NCBI GenBank assembly: GCA_951406725.2
Contig: OX597833.1
Span: 67,766,001 to 67,830,000, forward strand
Reading direction: 5' to 3'
DNA from: Octopus vulgaris
Lineage: Eukaryota
Length of the DNA stretch: 64,000 nt
Part shown: piece by piece, positions 1 to 14,732 of the stretch
How positions within the stretch are numbered: the first letter of the stretch is position 1
How the letters are laid out: each line of letters begins with the position of its first letter
Notes under the pieces: generated by a model
What the model was told of the DNA's origin: nothing
The model's database searches: none
The model's input: the letters and a program-made list of their open reading frames with translations, nothing else
Position numbers and translations under genes: made by a program

Positions 1-1300
1 CATTTCCATTAGCAGCAGCATCACCACCATCACCGCTGCCGCCACCACCACCACCACACCTGCAACTACATCACCGCCTTCACCACCTCCACCACCACCA
101 GCACCACCACCACAGCCATTTCTGCGACTACGTCAACCTCCCACCCCTCCCCGACCCCGGCCCGCCACCATCGTCACTAGCAGCACCAGCATCACCAATA
201 ACATCGTCATAAGCACAACACCGACAACACCACCAACAACAACAACAACACAACTACCGCCACCACACCACGCCGCCACAACACCCGCCAATACCATCAT
301 CGCCTTCCCCACCACCACCACCACCACCCTGATTCCACCTCCGCCAGCAGGACCACCACAACCGCTCCTGCGACTTTACCACCACCACCACCACCACCAC
401 CAACTACAACAACAATAACAACAACACTAGGGACACCACCACCACCACCACTAGTAATATCGGCATCACCAATAGCAACACCACCACGCCACTACTAGCT
501 CCCCCACACCCACCATCGTCTCATCCTCACCATCATCTCACCACCACCATCACTATCATCATCGCTGTAAACACTAACCATACCACGCTGCTACCGGCAC
601 CATACACACTACCACCGCAACCACCACATTTGGCTATTACCACTAACACCACAGCTACCATCGATAGTTATATACTACCACCACCACCAGCACCCTTAGC
701 AGTGCCACAACCGCTACCACAATTACCAGCACTACCACCACTACCACCATCAGATGTACTACTGCCTATACTATTAACGCCACCACCACCACCATCACCA
801 CCAACACATATACTAATACTCGTATTACTACTAGCACCGGTGCCGCTACCAATATTAACACCAACAGCATCTAGTACTACTACTATTACTACTACTGCTG
901 CTATCGCATCAGAGACACCACCAAAACTGCCACCCATACTATTTATACTGCCACCCATACTATTTATACTGCCACACTACTATTCATTTCAACACAACCA
1001 AGAACAAAGCCGTCACTACTATTACTATTAGTACTACGACTACTACTACCTAAACTGTCACAATCGCTATAGCCACAACCCTCAGCGCTGCTACTACTAC
1101 TACTTCTACTACTACATGTAGTATCAACAAGAGTAGTACTATCAATATAAACAATAACAACGCCACCACCACCACCAACATTATCGTCAGTTCCACTACT
1201 ACGTATACTATCACAATCACCCCCACCACCACCACCACTACTACTACTACAACTACTATTTCTACTAGTACTACTACTACTACTACTACTAACAGCTGTA
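1..1300. repeat. Low-complexity (CAC)n/(CAA)n/(CTA)n trinucleotide-rich tract
   Basis: Degenerate CACCAC, AACAAC and CTACTA runs throughout; overlapping ORFs are poly-T/P/V/G/S artefacts. Confidence 0.9.
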
Positions 1301-1829
1301 ACAGTTAGATGAATATCAACATTTCTGCTACTAAGTTGAATCGAAACACACCATAAACACAAACAGGCAGGTCCACACGTGTTAGCGCATACCTATACAT
1401 ACATACATATATACATACACATATACATATATACATACATATATATATATATATATACACATACACACATACATACATATATACATATACATACATATAT
1501 ATATGTATGTATATATACACACACACAAATTACAATACATGTAAACATATACAAGTAGCTTACATACTACAGTTACCTCATGTAAAGTAGGAAAAATATA
1601 CACATCGCCATATATATATCGCCATATATATATATATATACATACATACACACACACACACACGCTTATCCATTTCTCTCTCTCTCACTATATATATATA
1701 TATATATATACACATACATATATATATATATATATATATTGGTGATGCCAACGGGGAAATAGAACTCAAAATTTGAGTATATGTATGCTTTCGGACCTTG
1801 AGTCAGCCTGTTTCCTCTGCTAAATATAC

Positions 1830-1901
<72 letters not shown>

Positions 1902-2629
1902 ATGTCTTAAGCTTCACTCTCTCTCTCCCTCTCTGTCATACCCATGCACACACATATATTCATATATTCATGTATAATAAAATTCTAGAAAGATAAATAA
2001 ATAAAATAAATAAAATAAAATATATCGATGTGCATATATAAAAATCTGGCTGCATATATATCCATGTTATGTCATATGCATCATACATACGGGTATATAC
2101 TCTTGTTTTCTTTTCTTTCCTACACCCATTCACACATACGTGTACTGTGAAACTATAAATCGCACTCTTGTCCCTTAGCATACATATACGCACACATATA
2201 CGCACACATATATGCACACACCACATAAGCATACACAGATGCAAACATATACACACACAGAGTGAAGTTTATACACAATTGCATACTCACATATGCGCAC
2301 TCGCATACTTTCAATTATAACAACTACCCGTATTCTCTTACCTGTTGCACATCTCTTTCTGTCTGTCTCTGTCTGTCTCTTCGTACACACACACATACAC
2401 ACACACAGATATATACACACATCCCAAAAGTATAGCAGTACTCCCTGTATAAGAGGAGACCATCAAATATACACACATTTTTCTCTCTTGCTTTCCCGGT
2501 CCATCTCACACAATCTGCCTCTCTCTCTCACACACACACTTTCTCTATCACTTTTTTCCCCTCTGTCTTTCTCTCGGTCGGTCACTCTCTCTGTCTCTCT
2601 GTCTCTCCCTCTCTATATGTATATATACA

Positions 2630-2743
2630 TACACACACACCTCAATATATATATATCACCAACTCATTAGGACCTACAAGCTACCCACACACGCACTCAC
2701 ACACACATATATACACACACACACTTTCTCTATCACTTTCTCC

Positions 2744-2774
<31 letters not shown>

Positions 2775-2791
2775 GTCCATCTACCTATCTA

Positions 2792-2833
<42 letters not shown>

Positions 2834-2838
2834 ACTCT

Positions 2839-2884
<46 letters not shown>

Positions 2885-2950
2885 CACCAACTCATTAGAA
2901 CCTACAAGCTACCCCACACACACACGTACTCACACACACATATACAAACA
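2630..2950. repeat. Local tandem duplication embedded in microsatellites
   Basis: atcaccaactcattag(g/a)acctacaagctaccc occurs at ~2655 and ~2883 with the same flanking (TA)n/(CA)n context. Confidence 0.8.
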
Positions 2951-2966
2951 CGCACACACACACACA

Positions 2967-2997
<31 letters not shown>

Positions 2998-3081
2998 CGG
3001 TAACAATCGCTTCTCGCATCTGCTCTCTGCCAGTTTCCCTCGCGTCTATTCCTCTCTGCTCCGCTAGATTCTCTCTCTCAG

Positions 3082-3120
<39 letters not shown>

Positions 3121-3290
3121 TTCTCTCTCTCTCTCTCTCTCTGTGTGCGCTGATCTCTGCCGTTCTACCGATTCCTCTTCCATTCTCACTTTCAACAGGC
3201 AGCACCAACTAAACACACATCAACAAATATAAAATCATACACTCGCAACAGACACAGAAACACCATACCATATATACACCATTATACACT

Positions 3291-3328
<38 letters not shown>

Positions 3329-3811
3329 ATATACAAGTATATATACTGTTTTTTTTTTTGCTTTTGTCTTTGGATTCTCATTAACCGTTTCCAAAAACCA
3401 CACCTTATATTCTCTATCTGCTCCGTCTCAGCCTCCGACTTCATCACCCAGCATCTTCTTCCACCGACTCTTCTTCTTCCTCCTCCATCTCCTCCTCGTT
3501 TCTCCTCATCATCATCATCGCCCTCCTCCTCCACCTCCTCCTCCTCCTACTCCCGTTGCTACCACATGACAGTCACATGACCTACCTACCTACCTACTGT
3601 GTGAGTTTCTGTGCTTTTTAACGGTTTTGTAAAAGAAAGTTTTCACGACTAACAAAATTCTAAAACGATCAACAAACATGACGGGCTTGTTAAAAGTTGG
3701 ACAAATTGTAATAATCCTGCTATTGAGCCAATTCAACGTTTTTTCGGGTGAGTTAAAAATACATATTAAACAAATTCCTTCAATTTTTTTTTTTTTTTGC
3801 AAATTAATAAC

Positions 3812-3852
<41 letters not shown>

Positions 3853-3857
<5 letters not shown>

Positions 3858-4046
3858 GCGGTGCCCCAGCATGGCCGCAGACCAATGTCAAAAAGAAATT
3901 TAAAATGTAGTAAAAAGTGTTTAAAATCTATAAAAATCTCTCTCTCTCTCTTTTTTTTTGCGGTGCCCCAGCATGGCCGGCCGCAGACCAATATCAAAAG
4001 AAATTAAAAAATGTAGTAAAAAGTGTTTTAAAAATCTATAAAAAAA
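3853..4046 (+). repeat. Tandem ~105-bp duplication containing a SINE/LINE 3'-tail motif (GCGGTGCCCCAGCATGGCCGCAG)
   Basis: Two near-identical units at ~3853 and ~3955. The motif matches the tail of SINE family 1 and an inverted copy at ~5120-5160. Confidence 0.7.
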
Positions 4047-4099
4047 TTTTTTCTTCTTTAAAATTTTGTTTGCATTACTTTTAAGTAACTTCATCATTA

Positions 4100-4424
4100 A
4101 AATTTGTGAGTTCAAATTCCGCCTTGGTCAACTCCACCGTTCATCCTTTCGGGGGGTCGATAAAATAAGAATCTATTGAGTATTAGGGGTCGATCTACTC
4201 GTCCATCCCCTACCCATCAGTTGCAGGTATGGTGCCTATTGCACAAAAGAACATTCTTCGTTTTCTTCATATTATTATTATTATTATTATTATCCCGCCG
4301 AATCCGACTTTGCATTTCGGGGTCGATAAATTAAGTACCAGTTGAATACTGGTGTCGATGCAATCGACTAGTCCACTTCCACCCACCCCCACCAATTTCT
4401 GGCCTTCTGCTTTTAGTAGAATGG

Positions 4425-4455
<31 letters not shown>

Positions 4456-4590
4456 CACTGAGGCCGACTTTGCCTTTCACCTTTTCTGGGGTCAATAAAA
4501 TAAGTACCAGTTGATCGCTGGGGTCGATGTAATCGACTTAACCCCCCTCTCCCCGAAATTGCTGGCCTCGTGCCAAAATTTGAAACTATT
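4100..4590 (+). mobile_element. Cluster of truncated SINE family 2 copies separated by (ATT)n
   Basis: Repeated gactttgcctttcatcctttcggggtcgataaattaagtaccagtt-like core. Confidence 0.8.
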
Positions 4591-5292
4591 GTTCTTTTTT
4601 TGATGTAATAAGTCTTTTTTATCATCTTTTGTGTATTTTTTTTGTTAGGTAGTGAGGTGGGGGTGTGGGGATATCAGTAAAGGGGGTGGGTGGGTGGGTG
4701 GGTGGGGTGTGGATGGGGGTTGTTATTGTTAAGCGGTGGTGGGGGGTAGGTAGAGGGTAATGCAACCTATATCCATCTACTTCCGCCTCTCCACACCCAC
4801 CCACCCACCCACCCCCACCCGTCACTATCCAAGCGATATTTAGGAATATTGAAAAAAAAAACAAAAACAAACAAACAAAGCAAAAACAATATAAAATGAA
4901 AACAAAAATAAAAAATAAAAAAAAACGCAATGACAGTCACCCCCCCCCTTTCAATTAAAAGCAAAAGAACTGATTTAATTAGTGTTGACAATTAAAAACA
5001 TAATCCTATATATATATATATATATATAATACACACATATATATACACACATATATATACACACACATATATATTTATATATGTATACACACAGAGTTTC
5101 ATCGTTTTATTCCATTATATGCGCCTCAGCCCAAAAGCTGCGGCCATGCTGGGGCACCGACAGTATCGTTATATGTTGAATGGCCATTCTCATGTGGGTT
5201 GCTTATAGTGAAAGAGGGATTTTTGATATTACAGCCCTCGTTTTTATTTGCTTACATTTCTTTGTTTTCCTTTGGTATTATTCCTTGCAGTT

Positions 5293-5330
<38 letters not shown>

Positions 5331-7089
5331 GCATTTACTGTTGTTTCAAATATTGAATTTTCAAGGAAATTTTAAACATTTCCCAGTTCTTTAAATTTAA
5401 TATAATTTTTCTTACAATTCTCGTATATCCCCAAATTTCTCTCTCTCTCTCTCTCTTCCTTCATCTATATCTGATGCGTTTCGGCCTGTTTCCAAGTACA
5501 CACACACTCACACACACTATGTATGTATATTTGATCATACCTGTATCTACCTACACCTGTATGCATTCTATAAGAACCTCTTTCTCTGTATATATTCGAT
5601 CATATCTTCAACTAAACGCATCTTTGATCGCATATATATATACCAATATATATATATATACATACAACCATTAATAACACACATACATACAAACACAAAC
5701 AACCCAATAATATATAACAGCAACACATACACACACACATACATATTTATATATGTATATATATATAGATGTATATATATATATATATATATATATGTAA
5801 CCGATAAGACTTAACGTGACTTGAGTTCTCTCGCAACAATGGGTAGCACCATTGTGAAACGCTACAACAGGTTTTCTCTCCAAAATATTCTAAGCTTCTA
5901 TTTTATATACGACTCTTATTTCTTCGGATGGTAATCTCTACAACAAATTTAATAAAAAATGTTTTCTAATCTAAGGAAAAACTGGTATATAGCACATACA
6001 CACACACAGACACACGTGTGTGTGTGTGTGTTCTTATGTATATAAAGTCCCAAGAGAAGCACAGACAAAAACACAGATTTCTCTCCATGCATACGTCTGT
6101 ACATATATATATATATATGTATTAAATTATATAAATACATGCTTGTATGTGCGTGTAATTCTCTGTGTGTGTGTGTGTGAGTGAGTATAAGTGCTTGTGT
6201 ATATGTGTGTGTGTATATGTGAGTATATGTGTTTGTGTATATGTGTGTTGTGTACATATGCACGAGTATGTGTGTATGTATGGAACTACATGTGTATATA
6301 CCTATATGATTGTGTGTGCGAGGAATTCTGAGTGCATATATATATGCATGCGTCTGTATATGTTTTAGTATGTGTGTGTGTGTGTGTAATTGCATGTTTA
6401 TATACATGTAATTGTATATATACATGTAATTGTATATATATACATGTAATATATATACATGTAATATATATGCATGTATATATGTAATTGTGTGTATATA
6501 TACATATCTCACTGCATGTGCATGTAATTCTGTCTGCAGACTCATGTATACGTATGTATATGTGAATGTGTGTGTATATATACGTGCGTGTGTCTATGTA
6601 TGTATAAGTGTGTATGTGTGTGAGTATATGTGAATGTGTGTGTATATACGTGCGTGTGTCTATGTACGTATAAGTGTGTATGTGTGTGAGTATATGTGAA
6701 TGTGTGTGTGTGTTTTTGTGTGCAGTAGTGCCCTGCGTCTATGAGAGCGTACGAGCGTGCGTCCGGGTGCGAGGTGGGTGGTGCTTGAGCGCGCGCGCGC
6801 GGTAGTAAGAGTGTGTCGGCATGCTCGCTTCTGTCGCGAGATGCTGGCGCACAGTTGGTAATTCTGGCATTGTCCCGTATTTGTACATATGTGTCTAGGT
6901 ATGTGACTGCGTGGGTGGACGTATTGTATGTGCGTGCTTGTGTGTGTTTGTGCGTTTGCCTGTGTATTTGTATGTGTGTGTGTGTGTGTGTTTGTGTATG
7001 CAGGGTAGGTTTTTTTTTTTTCACGTTTATTGTATTACGTACGATTATTTATCGGTTTATCGATCTATTTCTATCGCTCACTCCTATTG

Positions 7090-7121
<32 letters not shown>

Positions 7122-7146
7122 ATCTCTCACATACACATGCATGCGT

Positions 7147-7193
<47 letters not shown>

Positions 7194-8308
7194 CACACAC
7201 ACACACACTATACACACTCGTAACATTTACATATATCAATATACATATAAGCGTGTATGTTTAACGTGTTTTGTTTATATGTTGTCACTAAATATCTTTC
7301 TATAAACAATTGAATGTATGTATGTATGTATGATTGTATATATGTGTATCTCCTTATACACTAATATTTCGCTGGAATAGTATATATCAATTTCACTGCC
7401 TTGAACTCTGTATGTGCGTGCTTCTACATACACACAACATAAGCCTAGGTAGAAATTGGTATTTCTAAATTTGAATTTACAGGTATTTCGTGTGTGTATA
7501 TGGTTTATATATGGCTCTATGCATTTAGTTCGCAAGTATGTATAGACCATACATGTATGCGTATACTTGTATATGTTCGTGTATATTTGTGTGGCAATAT
7601 AGTGCTTCTACTCTCACGCTCACACACATATGCACGCACACACCACGTGTAACAGTCATACTATTGACTGCGTGATCATATACACACATAACTAACTACC
7701 TGTCCCTCTGTATCATACTACCTACCTATATTTTTATTATTTATCTATGTCTATCTGTCTATCTCCATCCATCCATCCATCCTCTTGTCTCTCTACTCAT
7801 GTTTTGAATCGCTAATAGGATTTTCGTGTTCCCGTCCACCTCAGGTGAGAGAGATCTCAAAACCCGGTACAGACTCACAAACGCTCACAATACCATTATT
7901 TTTATCACCACAGTACTAGCTTCGCTTAAACACAGTCACATCACTACCAAACTATCTCTCTTGTTATCTATGTATGCTTACTTGTTACCTACCACACAAA
8001 CACACATAAACTTGATGTCTTTGCAGTACATCATGACAGTTGCATCGCTGCTGAGTACTGCCTGTTTGGATAGTCTCTTTGTAGCACTTCCTGGTGGCAT
8101 TTAATCTGTTGTTCTCCACTCCCCCCCCTTCCTGGGTCTCTTGTGTTAATTGCTGCGAATCCTCTTTGGATGCAAACCTCAAAGACACTTTTGAGAGACA
8201 CCAAATGTTGAAAAGAACAACGTGCTCATTCCTGTTGGCAGGTGTGTGTCTGCGCTTTTGTATACATGCGAGGAAATCGATGCTCGAATATGCGCCTCTA
8301 TCTCTCAC

Positions 8309-8314
<6 letters not shown>

Positions 8315-8365
<51 letters not shown>

Positions 8366-8862
8366 ATATACGTATATATATATATATATGTGTGTATGTA
8401 TATATGTATGTGCGTGTGTGTGTATGTATGTGTGTGTGTGTGTGTATGTATGTATGTGTGTGTATGTATGTATATATATGTGTATGTATGTGTGTGTGTA
8501 TGTATGTATTTATGTATATGTGTGTGTGTGTATGTATATATGTATGTATGTGTGTATGTATGTATGTATGTGTGTGTATGTATGTATATATGTATGTGTG
8601 TGTATGTATGTATATATGTATGTGTGTATGTATGTATGTGTGTGTATGTATGTATATATGTATATATGTATGTGTGTGTATGTATGTATATATGTATGTA
8701 TGTGTATGTATGTGTATGTATGTATATATGTATGTGTGTGTATGTATATATGTATGTGTGTGTATGTATATATATGTATCTGTGTATGTACGTGTATATA
8801 TATGTGTGCATGTATGTATGTATCTATCTATCTATCTCTCTCTCTGTCTCTCTCTCTCTGTC

Positions 8863-8945
<83 letters not shown>
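8315..8945. repeat. Compound (TA)n/(TG)n/(TATG)n/(TC)n microsatellite
   Basis: Directly visible; explains the 237-298 aa YI/VC ORFs. Confidence 0.95.
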
Positions 8946-8946
<1 letters not shown>

Positions 8947-9589
8947 TCTGTGTAAATATGTATATATGGTGCGTGTGCGAAGTTAATTGACTGTTTATGT
9001 GTGTGTGTGTTTAATATATATGCGTGTGTGTCAGCTTTTGCTAAGGCAGGTACCCTTTTCTGTGTGTGTGTGTATGCGTGTGTATCATTCTTAGAGGTGC
9101 GTGATTAAGAGCGGCGACATTTTAAATTCCTTAAGTTGGCCTATCTTCAAGTACGTACATACATACATACCTACATACATGCATGCATACATATATATTT
9201 ACATTCATATATACACATATACACATCCAAATACCACCTCTCTCTTTCACTCCCTCTCTCTCTCTCCATTTACACAGCTATCTAACTAATATTTCTTAAA
9301 ACTTTCCCTTTTGTGTTTATTTTTATCATCTTTGTTTATTGCATTTATACACACACCACACACACACACGCAGATACACATGTATGTATGTATATATTTA
9401 TATAATCTCAGCAGGTCTATTGTAAACGAAATTTTACACTCTCAACCTATCTTCCTCTTCTCTTCCGCCGTCCGTCCTCATCCGGACCATTTTTAAATTT
9501 AGATACTTTTTTTCTAAAATTTCATCTGTATTGTTTTCAGACTATTATTATTATAATTATTATTATTATTATTATTATTATTATTGTTT

Positions 9590-10215
9590 AGGCGGTGAGT
9601 TGGCCGACTCGATAGCACGCCGGACAAAATTGCTCAGTGGCATTTCGTCCGTCTTTACTTTCTGAGTTCAAGTTCTGAGGTCTCCTTTGCACGGTGTCGA
9701 TAAAATACTAATTAAGCACCGAGGCCAATAAAATGGACAACCCCATCGCTGCAACAAAATGTCGTACCTTGTGCTTATTGTACAAATTATATCATTAGGG
9801 TAGCGAGCTGGCAGAATTGTTAGAACGCCGGGCGAAATGCTTAGCGGTAGTTTGTCTGCCGCTACGTTCCGAGTTCAAATTCCGCCGGGGTCGACTTTTA
9901 ACCTTTCATCCTTTCGGGGGTCGATTAAATAAGTACCAGTTATGCACTGGGGTCGATATAATCGACTTAATCCCTTTGTCTGTCCTTATTTGTCCCCTCT
10001 ATGTTTAGCCCCTTGTGGGTAGTAAAGAAATAGGTATTTCGTCTGCCGCTACATTCTGAGTTCAAATTCCACCGGGGTTGACTTTTACCTTTCATCCTTT
10101 CGGGGGCCGATAAATTAAGCACCAGTTGCGTACTGGGGGTCGATCTAATCGACTGCCCCCCCCCCCCACACTTCCCAAATAGTTCAAGCCTTGTGTCTAG
10201 AGTAGAAAAGAATAT
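9590..10215 (+). mobile_element. Array of tRNA-derived SINE family 2 copies, including a dimer at 9798-10215
   Basis: Head gcgagctggcagaa...gagttcaaattcc (B-box-like GTTCAAAT), conserved central domain cctttcatcctttcggggtcgat, two different 3' tails. Confidence 0.9.
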
Positions 10216-10322
10216 CGTTAGCATGCCGGATTAAGTACTTAGCAGTACTTCTTCCGGCATTAGGTACCAGTTCTGCCAAGTTAGACTTTGTCTTTCATCC
10301 TTTCGATCGAATAAATAGCAGA

Positions 10323-10353
<31 letters not shown>

Positions 10354-10584
10354 CTACATTTGTTGTTTTTCGACACTACTTGCATCTCTTCAAACATTCA
10401 CTCTTCTTTTCTCTGTGTCTGTCTTTCATTCTAATACACTGACCTCTCTATCTCACACTCTCACCTTTCTGTCTCTCTCACACAGTCTTATACTCTCTCA
10501 CTCTGTCTCTTTCTCTCCCTCACTCTCCCTATTTATATCTCTACCTACCTACCTACCTTTTAATCTATATACCTACCGCTGTAC

Positions 10585-10587
10585 TTC

Positions 10588-10636
<49 letters not shown>

Positions 10637-10645
10637 ATGTCTATA

Positions 10646-10676
<31 letters not shown>

Positions 10677-10685
10677 ATGTCTATA

Positions 10686-10716
<31 letters not shown>

Positions 10717-10719
10717 ATG

Positions 10720-10755
<36 letters not shown>

Positions 10756-10796
10756 CCTATCTATCTACCTATCTATCTACCTATCTATCTATCTAC

Positions 10797-10843
<47 letters not shown>

Positions 10844-10925
10844 CCTATCTACCTACCTACCTACCTATCTACCTACCTATCTATCTATCTATCTATCTAT
10901 CTACCTACCTACCTATCTATCCTGT
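10585..10925. repeat. (CTAT)n/(CTAC)n/(CTGT)n tetranucleotide microsatellite
   Basis: Directly visible. Confidence 0.95.
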
Positions 10926-11250
10926 CAGTATTTCTCTCTCTCTCTCCCCTCTGTCACTGTCTCTATTAATCTGTCACTACCCACTCTCTCACAATTACTG
11001 TCTCCATATCTCTCTATCTATCTCTCTCTCTCCCCCACCATCTCTCCTTTACTCTATATTTCCACCGCTCTTCATAAACACACATACCTACATCACTTCA
11101 CCGAACACTGACCCTCGTCCACTCATTCTCTTATTCTCTCCATCCCCTGCCAACGATGCCTCCTGTCTTTTCTCTCTTACACAATACTTAACATACACAT
11201 ACATTGTCGCCGACACATACAGGTACTCTTTCTCTCTCCGTCACTATATA

Positions 11251-11281
<31 letters not shown>

Positions 11282-11849
11282 ACCTATATACCTTCACATA
11301 GTCTGTCTCTTCTACATACCTTCACTGAAACTTCAACACTTTCCTTATCGATCTGCTAGAGACAAATAACCAAACACCTCCGAAATCATAAACCGCCGGT
11401 CCACACACATACACAATAACAACACATTAGATACGGAAAATGTAAGAATAAGGGGTCGCCACGGTTGGGATAGCTTCGATCATGGGTTCCCACTATCTCT
11501 CTACCGACATGTTTGTACATTCGCTCCTTCTAATTCTCTCTCTCTCTCTCTTTCTCTATATAAGCGTATATCTATCTGTATACGCAAACACAAACACACA
11601 CGTGAATTTGTAAGCGTATGTGTGAATATGTCTTCACTTTGTTCTAAAAGATGCGTGTATTGAGTCCTACACTGGCTTACTAATCTCGCAACGCCTATGC
11701 AATACATCAAAACACAAATTATGTGTGTGTGTGTGTATATATATATATGTGTGTGTGTGTATGTGTGTATATATATATATAATTATGTATATATATGTGT
11801 GTGTGTGTATATATGTGTGTATATATATATAATTATGTGTATATATGTA

Positions 11850-11880
<31 letters not shown>

Positions 11881-11901
11881 GTGTGTATATATATAATTAT
11901 G

Positions 11902-11949
<48 letters not shown>

Positions 11950-11976
11950 CTTTATATAATTATGTATATATATATA

Positions 11977-12011
<35 letters not shown>

Positions 12012-12091
12012 GTGTGTGAGTGTGTATATATATATATATATAATTATGTATATATAAATGTGAATGTATATAATGTCTGCCGACCTTTCTT

Positions 12092-12128
<37 letters not shown>

Positions 12129-12953
12129 TTCCCCATCGCCAACCACATTCCTTGCATTACTTTTAATGTTCTTCCCGTCTTTTCTTTCTCTTTTCATCAC
12201 TAGCACAATCAATCAATCAATCAATCAGTCTATCCTTCGATCTGTCTATCTATTCTTCCGTCTCCCTCCCTCCCTCCCTCCCTCTCTCTCTCTCTCTCTC
12301 TCCATCCATCCATCCATCCTTGCACCTCCTGCTCCGTAGATGTACACACACACACACACACACACACAGATATATGGCGGGTACATCTTTAAACATACCC
12401 GTTTTCCCCTTTACCTCTTCATTAGCGTGCCTATACACCCGCAAATACACACACACACACACACACACACACACTTCCTCTCCTCTCTCTCCCAATCTCT
12501 CTCTCTCCTCCTCCTCCCTCTTTCCATTTCTCTGTCTCTTTCCTTCCTCGTTATCACAATCTCATTCTTTACTTCTTCCTTTTCTTTCCTAACCTTTATT
12601 CTTCCGTCCAATCTTCCCTCCATTCGTCCCATCTCTTTGATAATCTCGCTTCCACCTCCAAACCCTTAACCATTATTTTTATATCAAATATTTCAAAATT
12701 ACGTGAGTAAAACCATAACAAAATAAATCTTCCCGTTTCTTTCATTCTTTCACTTCTTCCTTCCATTCTTTCTTTCGCCGTTTCCATTGTTATCATCTAT
12801 TGTTTCTTCCTTCACCTTTTCGCGCCTTCATTCTTCCTGTCCACACACACACACACACAGTGTCAGGAGAATAGCGCGCGCGCGCATGTGTGTGTGTGTG
12901 TGTGTGTATGTGCGCGTGTATGTGTGTGTACTTCCCTACTATGGTTAGTAATA

Positions 12954-13350
12954 CGCAGGAGTGGCTGTGTGGTAAGTAGCTTGCTAACCAACCACATGGT
13001 TCCGGGTTCAATCCCACTGCGTGGCATCTTCGGCAAGTGTCTTCTGCTGTAGCCCCGGGCCGACCAATGCCTTGTGAGTGGATTTGGTAGACGGAAACTG
13101 AAAGAAGCCTGTCGTATATATGTATATATACATATATATATATGTATGTGTGTGTGTTTGTGTGTCTGTGTTTGTTCTCCTAGCTGGTGTGTTTACGTCC
13201 CCGTCACTTAGCGGTTCGGCAAAAAGAGACCGATAGAATAAGTACTGGGCTTACAAAATAAATAAGTCCCGGGGTCGAGTTGCTCGACTAAAGGCGGTGC
13301 TCCAGCATGGCCGCAGTAAAATGACTGAAACAAGTAAAAGAGTAAAAGAG
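12954..13350 (+). mobile_element. Near full-length tRNA-derived SINE family 1 (CORE-like central domain)
   Basis: A-box-like tggctgtgtgg, B-box-like ggttcaatccc, cttcggcaagt core, internal (TA)/(TG) tract, tail ggcggtgctccagcatggccgcag...gtaaaagagtaaaagag; matches copies at 30838, 49127 and 61975. Confidence 0.93.
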
Positions 13351-13626
13351 AGTATATGTGTTTGCGTTTCTGTCTCTGTCTCTCTTTCTCTGTCTCTTTT
13401 TCTTTTTTCTTCCTCTGTCTTTCTCTCACTCGATCGTTCTCTCGTTCTCACTACAACCATATCTCAAATATCGATCGATTTCCTTCAGATACCTGTCGAT
13501 CTATCAGTATAACTAGTTAACCATACCACCATTCATCGCACTACTAACTCAACTCATTCACACTCTCTGGCAAAGCGTATGTATGTATATTTGTGTGACT
13601 ACGTATGTAATATATATATATATATA

Positions 13627-13883
13627 TTTCATCCTTCGAAACGTAGAGTAGATGAAACCTTTAGCGACTGAAGAAGGGGTTTTTCCTTGTGTTAATTGTC
13701 CTGTATTCCATTTTTTTGCTGTTTTTAAATAAATGTCCAGTTCCTTTGGTTTGTGTCTATGCTTTCGTTTCTCATTGTGTTCGACGTCCTTTTTGGTGTC
13801 CTGTACTCATATATGCGTGTATATGTACATGTAGAGGTAGGTACGTACATATATGTTTATATATATGCATATGTTTTATTCTA

Positions 13884-13890
<7 letters not shown>
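13627..13890 (+). mobile_element. Penelope-like pseudo-LTR fragment (family D) starting with a hammerhead 3' half
   Basis: TTTCATC-cttc-GAAAC-gtaga-GTA-GATGAAA (stem I TTTCATC/GATGAAA, CUGANGA missing); flanked by (TA)n on both sides; inverted near-identical copy at 27005-27256. Confidence 0.7.
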
Positions 13891-13938
<48 letters not shown>

Positions 13939-14053
13939 GAAGCCATGTACTATTTACAGGCTAGGTGGATAAACAATCAGGTGGAATAGCAGACAATACG
14001 GTTAGGTAGCGTAGTGGAATTATTTTTAAACCAAAGTTACGTAGACCTTCGTA

Positions 14054-14109
14054 GATTCCTGCTCCAAGTTTCGCTTTGTGATTTCCGTGCCTGACGGAAG
14101 CACCAAAGC
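14054..14109 (-). ncRNA. Truncated/degenerate hammerhead 3' part
   Basis: Minus strand: long stem II GCTTTG..CTTCCGT/ACGGAAA..CAAAGC, then GAAAC-ttgga-GCA-ggaatc; no CUGANGA and a mutated triplet. Confidence 0.4.
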
Positions 14110-14234
14110 TGAAGACGGGTCGGCTCGGCTTTCGGTAGAGCTGCTACAATGAATGAAATTCATACAGACATATGTGTGTCTGTCCACCTGTCTGTATACC
14201 TGCCTGTCTACCTGCCTACCTACCTACCTACCTA

Positions 14235-14732
<498 letters not shown>

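Noticed and set aside
5836-5866. TAGCACCATTGTGAAA, resembling miR-29
   Set aside because: The seed falls in the loop of a 7-bp hairpin and there is no pre-miRNA-length stem
7820-8310. Unique sequence with splice-like signals (caggtgag at ~7842)
   Set aside because: No convincing acceptor-ORF-donor combination or recognisable protein similarity
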